A stretch of 64,000 bases of DNA from Rickettsiales bacterium (GCA_044368015.1 JBIPLF010000004.1:246-64245), one strand, 5' to 3'. Positions 54,716 through 64,000 are shown, counted from the first letter of the stretch. Made by a program: numbers and translations. The notes: generated from the sequence alone by a model not told the origin.

Positions 54716-56914
54716 CTAACACCGCTTCACAAAATCCTGAAGCATGCGCTTGGTGCCAGCCTTCTCGAACTGGATATGCAGATGCTGCCCCTGCTGGCCC
54801 AGCACCTTTCCATAGCCGAAGGTCTCATGAAACACGCGCTGGCCGGTGTTAAATCCGCCCGCAGGTGGGAGCGTCACAGGTGACGTTTTGACACGTGGTG
54901 CACTCGCCTCACTCACAATCGCGGCGATCTGCTCGCGGCTCAGCGGTTCGGAACGCGAGGAAAGCCCTCGCGCATCAATGACTTCCAGATGCTCCTTCGG
55001 CAATTCCTGAATAAAGCGCGAAGGCAGGCTGCTCTGCCACTGGTTATAAATACGGCGGTTGGCGGCATGGCTGATCCAGGCCTGTTTGCGCGCGCGGGTG
55101 ATGCCCACATACGCCAGCCTGCGCTCCTCTTCCAGCCCCTTGCCGCCTTTTTCCTCCAGCGATTTCTGATGGGGAAACAGCCCTTCCTCCCATCCCGGCA
55201 GGAACACGCAATCGAACTCCAGCCCCTTGGCGGCGTGCAACGTCATGATGCTCACCATCGCGGTGCTGGCATCGGCATTATCCAACTCACTGACCAGACT
55301 CACATGCTCCAGAAAAGATTCCAATGTCTCAAACTCGCCTACAGCGCGCACCAATTCTTTTAGGTTTTCCAGCCGACCGGCGGCATCGGGCGTGCGCTCC
55401 GCCTGCCACATGGCGCGGTAGCCGGATTCCTCAATCACCCGCTGGATAAATTCCGCCGGGGGTTCCTCCGTGGACTTCGCCCGCCACACCTCACAGAGCC
55501 GCGCAAAATCGCGCAGCTTGTTGGCGGTACCGGCAGAAATCTCGGCATCCACCAACCGATGGGAAATCGCGTAATGGATGGAGGTCTGCGCCTGAGAGGC
55601 AATGCGTCCCAGCGCGTCCAGCGTGGTTTTGCCGATACCCCGTTTGGGCAAATTCACAATGCGCTGAAAGGCAAGATCGTCATCCGGCTGCACAATCACG
55701 CGTAGATAGGCCAGCACATCGCGGATTTCCTGCCGTTCATAGAAACGCAAGCCACCCACCACGCGGTAGGGAATGCCAAAACTCAGCATTTTTTCTTCAA
55801 AGGCGCGGGTCTGGAATCCGGCGCGCACCAGCACTGCCATATCGCTGAGCGAGGTTTTCTTGCGTTGGAGTTTGTCGATCTCCTCCGCCACCATCACGGC
55901 TTCGGCGGTATCGTCCCACAGGCTGCGCACGATGATTTTCTCGCCGCTGCCCTGTACGCTATGCAATGTTTTACCTAGCCGCTCGCGGTTATTGGCAATG
56001 AGATGCGAGGCCGCTCCCAGAATATGCTCGGTGGAACGGTAATTGCGCTCCAGACGAATGACGGCAGCCCCCGGAAAATCCTTCTCAAACTTCAGGATAT
56101 TGCCAACCTCAGCCCCCCGCCAGCTATAGATAGACTGGTCGTCATCCCCCACGCAGCAGAGGTTTTTATGGGTCATCGCCAGCAAGCGCAGCCACAGATA
56201 TTGCGCGATGTTGGTGTCCTGATATTCATCCACCAGCATGTAGCGGAATTTGCGGCTATATTCGGCCAGCACCTCCGGATGCGCTTGGAAAATCGTCAGC
56301 ATATGCAGCAGCAAATCGCCGAAATCCACCGCATTGCTGGTTTTGAGCCGTTGCTGGTATTGCAGGTACAGTTCCGGCATCCGGCGATCGGCGTAGTCGG
56401 CCTCCGGCGTACCCGCCACTTTGTCGGGCGTCAGCGCCCGGTCTTTCCAGATTTGGATGATGCTCAGACACACCCGCGCGGGCCATTTTTTATCGTCGCA
56501 CTGCCATTCCTGCATCAGTTGCTTGAGCAGGCGGTGCTGGTCGTCGGCGTCGATGATGATAAATTGCTGGCTAAGCCCCACCAGCTCCGCATGGCGACGC
56601 AGCATCCGCGAACAGAGTGAGTGAAACGTACCCAGCCACAGCCCTTCCGTTGGTTGACCGGTGATGCGCGCCACCCGCTCGCGCATTTCCTTCGCCGCCT
56701 TATTGGTGAAGGTGGTACTGAGAATCTGCGAGGGGTACGCCCTTCCCGTCCCCAGCAAATGGGCGATGCGCGTGGTGAGGACCCGCGTTTTACCGGTTCC
56801 CGCCCCGGCAAGCACCAGCACCGGTCCTTCGGTGGTTTCCACCGCCAGCCGCTGTTCGGGATTGAGACCATCGAGATAGCTCGGTTCAGCAGGCATGCGA
56901 AGCGCGTGAGACAT
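54716..56914 (-). CDS. uvrD: ATP-dependent DNA helicase, UvrD/PcrA/Rep family
   Basis: LNPEQRLAVE...AGAGTGKT motif I, DEYQDTN motif II, and the C-terminal small domain GQRVFHETFGYGKV. Confidence 0.85.
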   Translation of the reverse strand: MSHALRMPAEPSYLDGLNPEQRLAVETTEGPVLVLAGAGTGKTRVLTTRIAHLLGTGRAYPSQILSTTFTNKAAKEMRERVARITGQPTEGLWLGTFHSLCSRMLRRHAELVGLSQQFIIIDADDQHRLLKQLMQEWQCDDKKWPARVCLSIIQIWKDRALTPDKVAGTPEADYADRRMPELYLQYQQRLKTSNAVDFGDLLLHMLTIFQAHPEVLAEYSRKFRYMLVDEYQDTNIAQYLWLRLLAMTHKNLCCVGDDDQSIYSWRGAEVGNILKFEKDFPGAAVIRLERNYRSTEHILGAASHLIANNRERLGKTLHSVQGSGEKIIVRSLWDDTAEAVMVAEEIDKLQRKKTSLSDMAVLVRAGFQTRAFEEKMLSFGIPYRVVGGLRFYERQEIRDVLAYLRVIVQPDDDLAFQRIVNLPKRGIGKTTLDALGRIASQAQTSIHYAISHRLVDAEISAGTANKLRDFARLCEVWRAKSTEEPPAEFIQRVIEESGYRAMWQAERTPDAAGRLENLKELVRAVGEFETLESFLEHVSLVSELDNADASTAMVSIMTLHAAKGLEFDCVFLPGWEEGLFPHQKSLEEKGGKGLEEERRLAYVGITRARKQAWISHAANRRIYNQWQSSLPSRFIQELPKEHLEVIDARGLSSRSEPLSREQIAAIVSEASAPRVKTSPVTLPPAGGFNTGQRVFHETFGYGKVLGQQGQHLHIQFEKAGTKRMLQDFVKRC

Positions 56915-56916
56915 GA

Positions 56917-59865
56917 CTATTGCAGCAACCGCTGGGCCGAACGCTGAGAAATGGCTTCTTCCAAATCCCTTGTATCCAGACTCTTTTTCGGTTCGGAAAT
57001 ATCACCAGAGAGATTAAGCGAAAAAGGCGGTAACTCCGTGCGCTCATTCACAAGAATAGGATAGGTTGTTTGGACATTAAGCATCCAGCGTTTCAGGTCC
57101 AGAGTCGCCTGCATGGTTGCCTGCCCACTATCAGTATCCAGCAACAGGCGTGGAATCTGCATCACTCCGCCACGGATATAGCCATTACCGGTGATGTGCG
57201 GATAATGAGTATTGGAGCGCTCACTCAAGCTTAAGCGCCGCATATTCTGCAAATCTTCAAGGCTTCGAATATGTGCCAGCTTGCTGACGAATAATTGATG
57301 GCTGAAACCGGGAATGCGCACATCCCGCAAGGAGGCGTTGACGCTGCTTTCCAGCCCTCCGATCAGGGACTCAAAACTGATGCCGGAACTGCGAACGGTT
57401 CCGGCAAAACTGGCAAGCCCGGCAATCCGATCCTCTTCTGACGCGGGTAGCACAGGCTTACGCGCCATGAAATTGATGCTGTCCTGCAAAGCAGCCGCTC
57501 CTTTGGCAAGGTCTATCTGTTCCAGCAGGAACGATAAACTAAATTCCGGAATACGCCCACCAGTAAAATTTCCGGAGCATTTAAGGGTGCCGCCCAGCCC
57601 GGCCCCTTCAAGCGAGCGGATGTTCAGTGTATTCGCCGCCAGATCTCCTTGCAGACGCACATTGGTAAGGGGATGGTTTGGATGTTCCAAGATTCCAGCA
57701 GAGAGATCCAGTTTGCCATCCAGCACCGTCAGAATGCTGGTGTCGATACTGTCCTGCCGCCAGATATGGGCAAGGGTTGGTGCGAGCGATTCCACCGGCA
57801 ACTCTTTACGTTTAGCGTCAGGCAGGGCAGGCAATAACAATGACAAATCCATGCGGTTGGTGACCAGCTTTGCCGTCACAAACGGACGTTTCTCCGTCGC
57901 CTTCAGATCAATATCTCCATATAGTTGGGCACCATGCATGTTGGTGTATAGCTTATTGATCTGCAACGATCCGGGCTGCATGGAGATCTCCATCTGGGGA
58001 TCCTCCAGCGCAAATTCCTGATAATAGAGGTGATTCGCCCGCATCCGAAGATCCATCGAAAACGGCAAATGGTGCAACCATTCCAGACTGATCGGGCGAT
58101 ATTTCGCACTCAAAAAGCTCTGCTCTTCGGGAGCCAGCTCCAGCGACTTAAAAATCATTTGATTGGTCAGGTACTGGTCTGCCCGCCATTCATCCACACT
58201 GATAGTAGCGCGGATGCGAGGCAGGCTACGAGTCTCTGCTTTTGCCTGCTCCTCCTTGGAGTCCAGCAGAAGCGCTAATTCTTCCTGCCCTTTCTGGGTT
58301 CTTTTTTCTTTTTCGAGATCCGCCGGAAAACGTATCTGCAACGCGCCTGCGGCACGGGTCCCGTCCATCTCAAGCGTGGTATCGTTTAAACGTAACTCAC
58401 TCAGAGAGAGCAGCATACCGCCTTTTAGGTGATACGGCCCAAACCGCTCTTTATTCACCACGGGGATGTCCCAACCAAGCCAGGGGAAAAGTGCTCTGGC
58501 ACTACTGCCATCCAGTTCCATTTGCCCTTCAAACATCGGGCCATCAATCTGTTGGTTGACGATCCCAAAAATGGTCAAATGGCTTTTGCCCGGCAGTTCG
58601 GCAGAAGCCTGATGCAACACGACTTCACCGTCCACCAACTCAGAATGCAGCACCAGCTTGGTTGCCACATCATTCTTGTAACGCAGGGACTCAAACCCCA
58701 GCTTTAAGAATAAATCAAATGCCCCCGGAATGTGCAGCACGGCATCACGGGCATCGGTTACCACCAGCGGCACAGCCCAGCTATCGCGAATTTTTTCTTC
58801 TGCGGGTGGTGTGCGTTCCAGAAACTGGAAGAATTGATCCAGATTCACCTTGGCGTCTGCAAACTGCACCGAAAATTCTGGAACGGCTTTCAGATCAGCA
58901 TGAATACTCCCCTTGCCCTGATAAATATCCGAACGGATGTCGACATCGGAAAGACGTAACTTCTCCCCCTGCCCCACCACCTGCGCAATGAGAGCGAACG
59001 CACTGGCAGCGCTTGGTTGATACCCCTGTTTAACGCGAAGTTTGCTGGTTAGCTCCGTCACAAAACGGGGAAAATCGCTACTCTCAAAGCCAAGCTCTCC
59101 CTTTACAGAGTCACGCTTTTGCAACCCTCCCCACGCTCCGGCGAAATGCAGCTTACCAGATGGCGAGGAAAGAGAAGTCTGGACATCCCATCCTCCATCG
59201 GAAGCTTTGGTTGCGCTATGGCGCCAGACCAGTTGCAGATGATTGGCAATCTGAAATGAAAGGTCCGTGCTCAGGCTGTCCGCTGCGAGGGCGATCTCTC
59301 CCTCTACTTTGGTAGCGGAAGCCTGCCATTTGGCAAAGCGGTCCACATAATGTATAGCCCCATTATGGAGAGTTAACGGCACGGCATGCGAGGCCATGAA
59401 TGTCGCAGACCCTATACCGGTAGAGGCATCAGATGGGCCGTCCCAGTTGAAACGCTTATCCTCCGAACGCTCAAGCATCAAAACAGGGCGCTGCAACTCA
59501 ATGGCACTTGGCTTCGGATTGCCAGACAAAACCCCAAGCCACCCAAGGCGTATGCGCATTTCCTCGGCAGTGAGCATGTGATGCCGCTCACTCCAAGGCG
59601 CATTCGCTACACTGACCCCCTGAACCCGGACTTCAGGAAAGGGAAAGAAATGACTGGAAATCGCCCCGTCAATCCGGATGTCGCGCCCGGTTGAACTTTT
59701 AAACAGGCGGATGATATCTTCCTTTTTACCTTCGATATCCAGAACCATCGGCATCACAACAGGAACGGCGCACAGCAACAGGCCAACTCCGGCAAGCCAT
59801 GCAAGACGACGTTTCAAACGGTTCCATTGTGCAGAAATGATTGATCTCATGCGAGGTGTATGCAT
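56917..59865 (-). CDS. asmA: AsmA family outer-membrane biogenesis protein
   Basis: 982 aa. N-terminal TM anchor and AsmA-like start (GRDIRIDGAISSHFFPFPEVRVQGVSVAN), then a long beta-rich repetitive body. AT-richer than the window average. Confidence 0.7.
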   Translation of the reverse strand: MHTPRMRSIISAQWNRLKRRLAWLAGVGLLLCAVPVVMPMVLDIEGKKEDIIRLFKSSTGRDIRIDGAISSHFFPFPEVRVQGVSVANAPWSERHHMLTAEEMRIRLGWLGVLSGNPKPSAIELQRPVLMLERSEDKRFNWDGPSDASTGIGSATFMASHAVPLTLHNGAIHYVDRFAKWQASATKVEGEIALAADSLSTDLSFQIANHLQLVWRHSATKASDGGWDVQTSLSSPSGKLHFAGAWGGLQKRDSVKGELGFESSDFPRFVTELTSKLRVKQGYQPSAASAFALIAQVVGQGEKLRLSDVDIRSDIYQGKGSIHADLKAVPEFSVQFADAKVNLDQFFQFLERTPPAEEKIRDSWAVPLVVTDARDAVLHIPGAFDLFLKLGFESLRYKNDVATKLVLHSELVDGEVVLHQASAELPGKSHLTIFGIVNQQIDGPMFEGQMELDGSSARALFPWLGWDIPVVNKERFGPYHLKGGMLLSLSELRLNDTTLEMDGTRAAGALQIRFPADLEKEKRTQKGQEELALLLDSKEEQAKAETRSLPRIRATISVDEWRADQYLTNQMIFKSLELAPEEQSFLSAKYRPISLEWLHHLPFSMDLRMRANHLYYQEFALEDPQMEISMQPGSLQINKLYTNMHGAQLYGDIDLKATEKRPFVTAKLVTNRMDLSLLLPALPDAKRKELPVESLAPTLAHIWRQDSIDTSILTVLDGKLDLSAGILEHPNHPLTNVRLQGDLAANTLNIRSLEGAGLGGTLKCSGNFTGGRIPEFSLSFLLEQIDLAKGAAALQDSINFMARKPVLPASEEDRIAGLASFAGTVRSSGISFESLIGGLESSVNASLRDVRIPGFSHQLFVSKLAHIRSLEDLQNMRRLSLSERSNTHYPHITGNGYIRGGVMQIPRLLLDTDSGQATMQATLDLKRWMLNVQTTYPILVNERTELPPFSLNLSGDISEPKKSLDTRDLEEAISQRSAQRLLQ

Positions 59866-61083
59866 ACAGTATCATACATGCAGACGATACTGAAAAAAGC
59901 AGATTTGAAGCTGGTAGAACGCCTTTCCGATCTAGAGGAGAGTCCGGCTGGGTGGCGTTTGCTCTATTTCCCATTCAGCAAACTGCTGGAGCATCACCGC
60001 ACCCACTACCAGACCACCATTGCCATCAATCTGGTGTATGACTACCTAAAAGAGGCGGAAGGCTATGTGTTGCTCTTCCCCAACGACGACCTCTATATTC
60101 TCTGCAAAGCCGTTGCACACACGCTGATTGATAAGCTCATCTTCAGGATGCGCTACCTGTTTGCCGATGACCCTCTGGCGTACGATCAGGCGGGCAAGGA
60201 GATTCCGGAATTTTGTACGCAACATGATCTGAGCGTGGCTTGGAGCAGTTGTTATGAGGAGGCCAAAAACCACATTGCATCCCCTGCGATGGTGCGCAAA
60301 CCAAGCATGGTAGAAGAACCAAGTAGCACATTACACCCTCTGACTCCAGCACGTCTGGCATCGCTGGAAAAGGAGCTGGAATTCGCCGACCTGAGCCGTG
60401 TGATCCGCAAGCAGCCCATCTGCGCTATACGCCCTGGCAAAGACCCGGTTTCAGTTTTTGATGAACTCTATATGCATATCCCGCATCTGCGACGTCTGGT
60501 GATGGAACAGGTGGATTTCACCAGTAACCGCTGGCTTTTCCGCTATGTCACACAACTGCTGGACATCAAAGTGCTGGATATGTTGGCACGCCGCACCAAG
60601 CACATGATTCAGCGTCCCATCAGCCTCAATCTCAACATCGAGTCGGTGCTGGAAACAGCCTTTGCTCAGTTTGACCTCGCCGTGCCAAAGAGTATGAAAG
60701 CCTCCATCCTGTTCGAGATTCAGCTCGGCGATGTCTTCGCCGATATGCAGGGGTTTTTTACCGCCCGCGACCATCTGCAAAAGCAGGGCTACAAAGTGTG
60801 TATTGATGGGGTTAACTCTTCCAGCTTCCCGCATATCGATCGGCAAAGCCTGGGTTTTGATCTCGTGAAAATTCAATGGAATGCCGATGCCGCACGCGAC
60901 CTGAAAGAAGAACGCAATCAGGAACTCAAAGCTGCGGTCGAACGATGTGGCGCAAACCGCGTGATTCTGTGCCGCTGCGATACCAAAGCGGCCATCGCCT
61001 ATGGCCATGCCCTTAAGATTTACCTCTTTCAGGGACGCTATCTGGATGGCATCCTCAACCCCAACGCCAAAGTGGCGAATTAG
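59860..61083 (+). CDS. unassigned N-terminal domain fused to a degenerate EAL-like domain
   Basis: From about residue 180 the EAL fold pattern appears: KQPICAIRPGK..VSVFDELYMHI (EAL replaced by DEL), ISLNLN, ILFEIQ, KVCIDGV (DDFG lost), VKIQW, RVILCRCD (EGVE lost), LFQGRY. The N-terminus is paralogous to the REC proteins at 19958-21839. Confidence 0.5.
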   Translation: MHTVSYMQTILKKADLKLVERLSDLEESPAGWRLLYFPFSKLLEHHRTHYQTTIAINLVYDYLKEAEGYVLLFPNDDLYILCKAVAHTLIDKLIFRMRYLFADDPLAYDQAGKEIPEFCTQHDLSVAWSSCYEEAKNHIASPAMVRKPSMVEEPSSTLHPLTPARLASLEKELEFADLSRVIRKQPICAIRPGKDPVSVFDELYMHIPHLRRLVMEQVDFTSNRWLFRYVTQLLDIKVLDMLARRTKHMIQRPISLNLNIESVLETAFAQFDLAVPKSMKASILFEIQLGDVFADMQGFFTARDHLQKQGYKVCIDGVNSSSFPHIDRQSLGFDLVKIQWNADAARDLKEERNQELKAAVERCGANRVILCRCDTKAAIAYGHALKIYLFQGRYLDGILNPNAKVAN

Positions 61084-61142
61084 CCCCTGTTAGCCATGAC
61101 AGCAGGGAGCGGAATCGGCTGATCTGCCTGCACTCCCTCCCC

Positions 61143-61697
61143 TCACACCTGCATGATGTCTTTTTCTTTTTCGGCCAGCTTGGTGTCGGCCTTGGCGGTG
61201 TATTCATCGGTGATTTTCTGCACCTGCTCGCCGAGCTTGTGATGCTCGTCCTTGGCGATTTCGCCGTCTTTTTCCAATTGTTTCAGCTTGTCCATTCCGT
61301 CGCGGCGGATGTTACGCATCGCCACCTTGGCCTGCTCGGCATATTTATGCGCGACCTTCACCAGCTCCTTGCGACGTTCCTCGCTCAGTTCCGGTAATGG
61401 CACGCGGATCACAGTGCCTTCCGCCATCGGGTTCAACCCCAGACCCGCATTGCTGATGGCTTTCTCCACCGCTTTGGTCATCTGAGCATCCCAGACCTGC
61501 ACCACCAGCATCCGCGCTTCCGGCGCGTTCACCGACGCCACCTGACTGATGGGCATCATGCCGCCATAGGCTTCCACCTGCACATGTTCCAGCAGCGCGG
61601 TAGAGGCGCGTCCCGTGCGCAGGCCCGTGAGTTCCTGACCAAAGGCGTTGAGCGCCCCTTCCATGCGTTTTTTTAAATCTGCAATATCGAATGCCAT
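61143..61697 (-). CDS. frr: ribosome recycling factor
   Basis: 184 aa with the typical LxxLRTGRAS, [10 protein letters not shown] and EERRKELVK motifs. Confidence 0.95.
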   Translation of the reverse strand: MAFDIADLKKRMEGALNAFGQELTGLRTGRASTALLEHVQVEAYGGMMPISQVASVNAPEARMLVVQVWDAQMTKAVEKAISNAGLGLNPMAEGTVIRVPLPELSEERRKELVKVAHKYAEQAKVAMRNIRRDGMDKLKQLEKDGEIAKDEHHKLGEQVQKITDEYTAKADTKLAEKEKDIMQV

Positions 61698-61703
61698 GGC
61701 GAT

Positions 61704-62480
61704 TTATCCTCGAATGATCGTGTAGGTACCTTTGCCCTGAAGCGCATTGGCGAACGCGCCGGGCGTATGAATGGAATGCACAATGATCGGCAATTTATTA
61801 TCGCGTGCGAGCGCAATCGCCGCGCCGTCCATCACTTTGAGATTTTTGGAGAGCACCTCCGTATAGGAAAGCTCCTTATACAGCGTGGCGGTGGGATCTT
61901 TTTTGGGATCGGCGGTATACACCCCATCCACCTGCGTGCCCTTCAACAGCGCATCGCAGCGGGTCTCAACCGCCCGCAGCGCGGCCGCCGTGTCGGTGGT
62001 GAAGAAGGGATTACCCGTACCCGCCGCGCAAATCACAATCCGCCCATGCTCCAGATGCCGGATCGCCCGACGCCGGATGTACGGCTCGCACACTTCGGTC
62101 ATGGTGATGGCGGAAAGCACGCGGGTTTCCACACCCATCTGCTCCAGCATGTTCTGAATGGCGAGCGCGTTGAGCACCGTCGCCAGCATGCCCATATAGT
62201 CGGCGCTGGCACGTTCCATCCCTTGCGCGGCCCCGGAAATACCCCGGAAGATATTACCGCCGCCCACCACCAGACAGAGCTGCACGCCCAGATCATGCAC
62301 GGCGCGGATTTCCTCGCAAATACGCCGCAAGGTTTCCAGATCCTGCCCATAGCCCTGATCGCCCATCAGCGATTCGCCGGAAATTTTAAGAAGCACCCGG
62401 CGATAGGGAACGGCATTCGTAGCGGAAGTCGCGTCTTTCATGGCTTGCACGGCACCCATTGTACCCTCCTGATATTTCAT
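61704..62480 (-). CDS. pyrH: UMP kinase
   Basis: [13 protein letters not shown] and [10 protein letters not shown] motifs. The start could be an internal Met. Confidence 0.9.
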   Translation of the reverse strand: MKYQEGTMGAVQAMKDATSATNAVPYRRVLLKISGESLMGDQGYGQDLETLRRICEEIRAVHDLGVQLCLVVGGGNIFRGISGAAQGMERASADYMGMLATVLNALAIQNMLEQMGVETRVLSAITMTEVCEPYIRRRAIRHLEHGRIVICAAGTGNPFFTTDTAAALRAVETRCDALLKGTQVDGVYTADPKKDPTATLYKELSYTEVLSKNLKVMDGAAIALARDNKLPIIVHSIHTPGAFANALQGKGTYTIIRG

Positions 62481-62481
62481 T

Positions 62482-62565
62482 CCCCCCCTCCCTTGATGGG
62501 AAGGGGATAGGGGTATTTTGAAGGTATCACCCCCTCCCTAACCCTCCCCCATTCAGGGGGAGGGA
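62482..62565. repeat. GC-rich palindromic element, family A
   Basis: ccccccctcccttgatgggaaggggataggggt ... caccccctccctaaccctcccccattcagggggaggg. It fills the tig-pyrH spacer and abuts the pyrH start codon. Confidence 0.8.
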
Positions 62566-62577
62566 ACAAGGCATCGC

Positions 62578-64000
62578 CTACTTCTTCGCTTTCGCAGAAG
62601 ATTTCTTCTCTCCCTCGGCTTTCGCTGCGGCGGGTTTTTTGGCTTTGGCTGCGGGTGCTGCATCAGCGGCTTCCGACTTCTCAGATTTCTCCGCCTTTGC
62701 CTTGGCTTTTCCGCCGGATTTCTTCTGCTCCTCAATCCAGTCCTTGCCTTCGTTATAGGCTTCGCGCAGGGACGGAATCGTGGCGGGCCAGTCGGTATAG
62801 GCCACCCGCTCCAGCAGATAACTCACGGCTTTATCTTCCATGATCGGACCGCGCAGTTGCTCAATATGCTCGGCCTTCTGGTAGTATTCCGCAATCTGTT
62901 TCTGCGCACCCGGATACCGGCGCAGTTGGTGCTCAATCGCCTGACGGAGATCCTGCGGCGTCACCTGCAACTGATGCTTACGGCAGAGTTCGGCGAGCAA
63001 CAGCCCCAAACGCACACGGCGTACCGCGAGCTGTTGATATTCGGCTTCCAGTTCCTCGTTCGGGCGCTGGAATTCGGGGTCTTTGCCTTCTTTGCGGGCC
63101 TCTTCCACTTCTTCCCAGATGGTGGCGAATTCGGCTTCCACCAGCCCCGGCGGCACGTCGAAGGTCATTTGCTGGTCGATATGGTCGAAGAGTTGTTTCT
63201 TCAACTGCACCCGCACCACATTCTGGAAGTCTTCGGCAATCTGCCGACGCACCATCTCCTTCAGGCCATCCACGTCTTTCTCGCCGATTTTGACGGCCAG
63301 CGCGTCGTCAATCGGCGGCACCTGCATCTCGCGCAGTTCCTGAAGGGTCACGGTGAAGATCGCCGTCTTCCCGGCGAGGTTCTTTGCGTGATATTCGGCG
63401 GGGAATGGCACGGGGAAGTCTTTGGTTTCACCGGCTTTCATGCCCAGCACGGCGGCTTCAAATTCCGGCAAAAAGCTGCCCGAACCGAGCACCAGCGGGT
63501 AACGCTCACCCTTGCCGCCATCAAAGGCCACGCCGTCGAGCTTACCGAGGAAATCAATCACCGCGACATCGGTATTCTGCGCGGCACGACCGGAGGTGAC
63601 GTCCACCGGGCGACGATGCATCTGCGCAATCCGCAGGGTGGCCTCGGCGACATCCTCGTCGCTAATTTCAAACGCCGGGCGGTCGAGCGAAATCACCGCA
63701 ATATCCAGATCCGGAATTTCCGGAAAAAGCTCCACCGTCAGATGCAGATGCACCCCGCCTTCCGGCGTGAAATGGCGATGCTCCACATAGGGCGGCATCA
63801 CCAGACGCAGGCCTTTTTCCTCGACCAGTTTCCGGCCTTCTTCCTGTTGGAGCTTGTCCAGCACTTCTTCGGTTACGGCTTCGGCATAACGTTTGCGCAG
63901 CACCGCCATGGGGGCTTTGCCGGGGCGGAATCCATCCAGTTTCACCTGGGTGCTGATCTGCATCAACCGCTCATCCACCTTCGATTGCACCGTGGCGGCG
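62578..64000 (-). CDS. tig: trigger factor (5' end beyond window) with Lys/Ala-rich C-terminal tail
   Basis: VKLDGFRPGKAPMAVLRKRY ribosome-binding region, FKBP-type PPIase middle, and C-terminal arms. The ORF is open to the window edge. Confidence 0.9.
   Translation of the reverse strand, partial: AATVQSKVDERLMQISTQVKLDGFRPGKAPMAVLRKRYAEAVTEEVLDKLQQEEGRKLVEEKGLRLVMPPYVEHRHFTPEGGVHLHLTVELFPEIPDLDIAVISLDRPAFEISDEDVAEATLRIAQMHRRPVDVTSGRAAQNTDVAVIDFLGKLDGVAFDGGKGERYPLVLGSGSFLPEFEAAVLGMKAGETKDFPVPFPAEYHAKNLAGKTAIFTVTLQELREMQVPPIDDALAVKIGEKDVDGLKEMVRRQIAEDFQNVVRVQLKKQLFDHIDQQMTFDVPPGLVEAEFATIWEEVEEARKEGKDPEFQRPNEELEAEYQQLAVRRVRLGLLLAELCRKHQLQVTPQDLRQAIEHQLRRYPGAQKQIAEYYQKAEHIEQLRGPIMEDKAVSYLLERVAYTDWPATIPSLREAYNEGKDWIEEQKKSGGKAKAKAEKSEKSEAADAAPAAKAKKPAAAKAEGEKKSSAKAKK

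Noticed and set aside
1578-62565. Whether the recurring palindromes form a CRISPR array
   Set aside because: The copies are dispersed over 60 kb, have variable length and sequence, are not regularly spaced by unique spacers, and no cas genes are present.

Overview
High-GC chromosomal segment with alphaproteobacterial hallmarks: alpha-type AddB, Usg, NtrY, a DUF1058-type SH3 protein, and ctpA upstream of the NUDIX gene rppH/ialA. I call about 55 protein genes, mostly housekeeping (gpmI, ctpA, metX, mutS, typA, addB, kdsA, pepP, nuoE, nuoF, trpS, lon, uvrD, frr, pyrH, tig), plus one tRNA-Arg(CCG). No rRNA, CRISPR array, transposase or integrase was seen. Six things stand out. (1) There are at least four families of GC-rich palindromic (MITE/REP/RPE-like) elements in 15 or more copies. 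Five copies lie in frame inside coding regions (addB x3, mutS, the envC-like 5' end). (2) A visibly AT-richer three-gene cassette (Rv0623-type VapB antitoxin + DUF4160 + DUF2442, no PIN toxin) is wedged between nuoE and nuoF. These two genes are themselves detached from any nuo operon. This cassette is my best candidate for an undescribed system. (3) A sigma-54/NtrC-type controlled locus encodes two receiver proteins with an unassigned N-terminal domain, a truncated haemoglobin and a frameshifted PAS hybrid kinase. A third copy of the unassigned domain is fused to a degenerate EAL domain at 59.9 kb. (4) A 458-bp AT-rich mini-island is bounded by 72/73-bp direct repeats that duplicate the addB 3' end. 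(5) An isolated virB8-virB9-virB10-virB11 block is tightly packed with kdsA-pepP. (6) An orphan prepilin gene is inserted into a conserved syntenic block. Canonical gene pairs are repeatedly broken (addB without addA, ntrY without ntrX, ftsX without ftsE, nuoEF alone). All family assignments rest on motif reading by eye, with no searches run. GC statements are qualitative.
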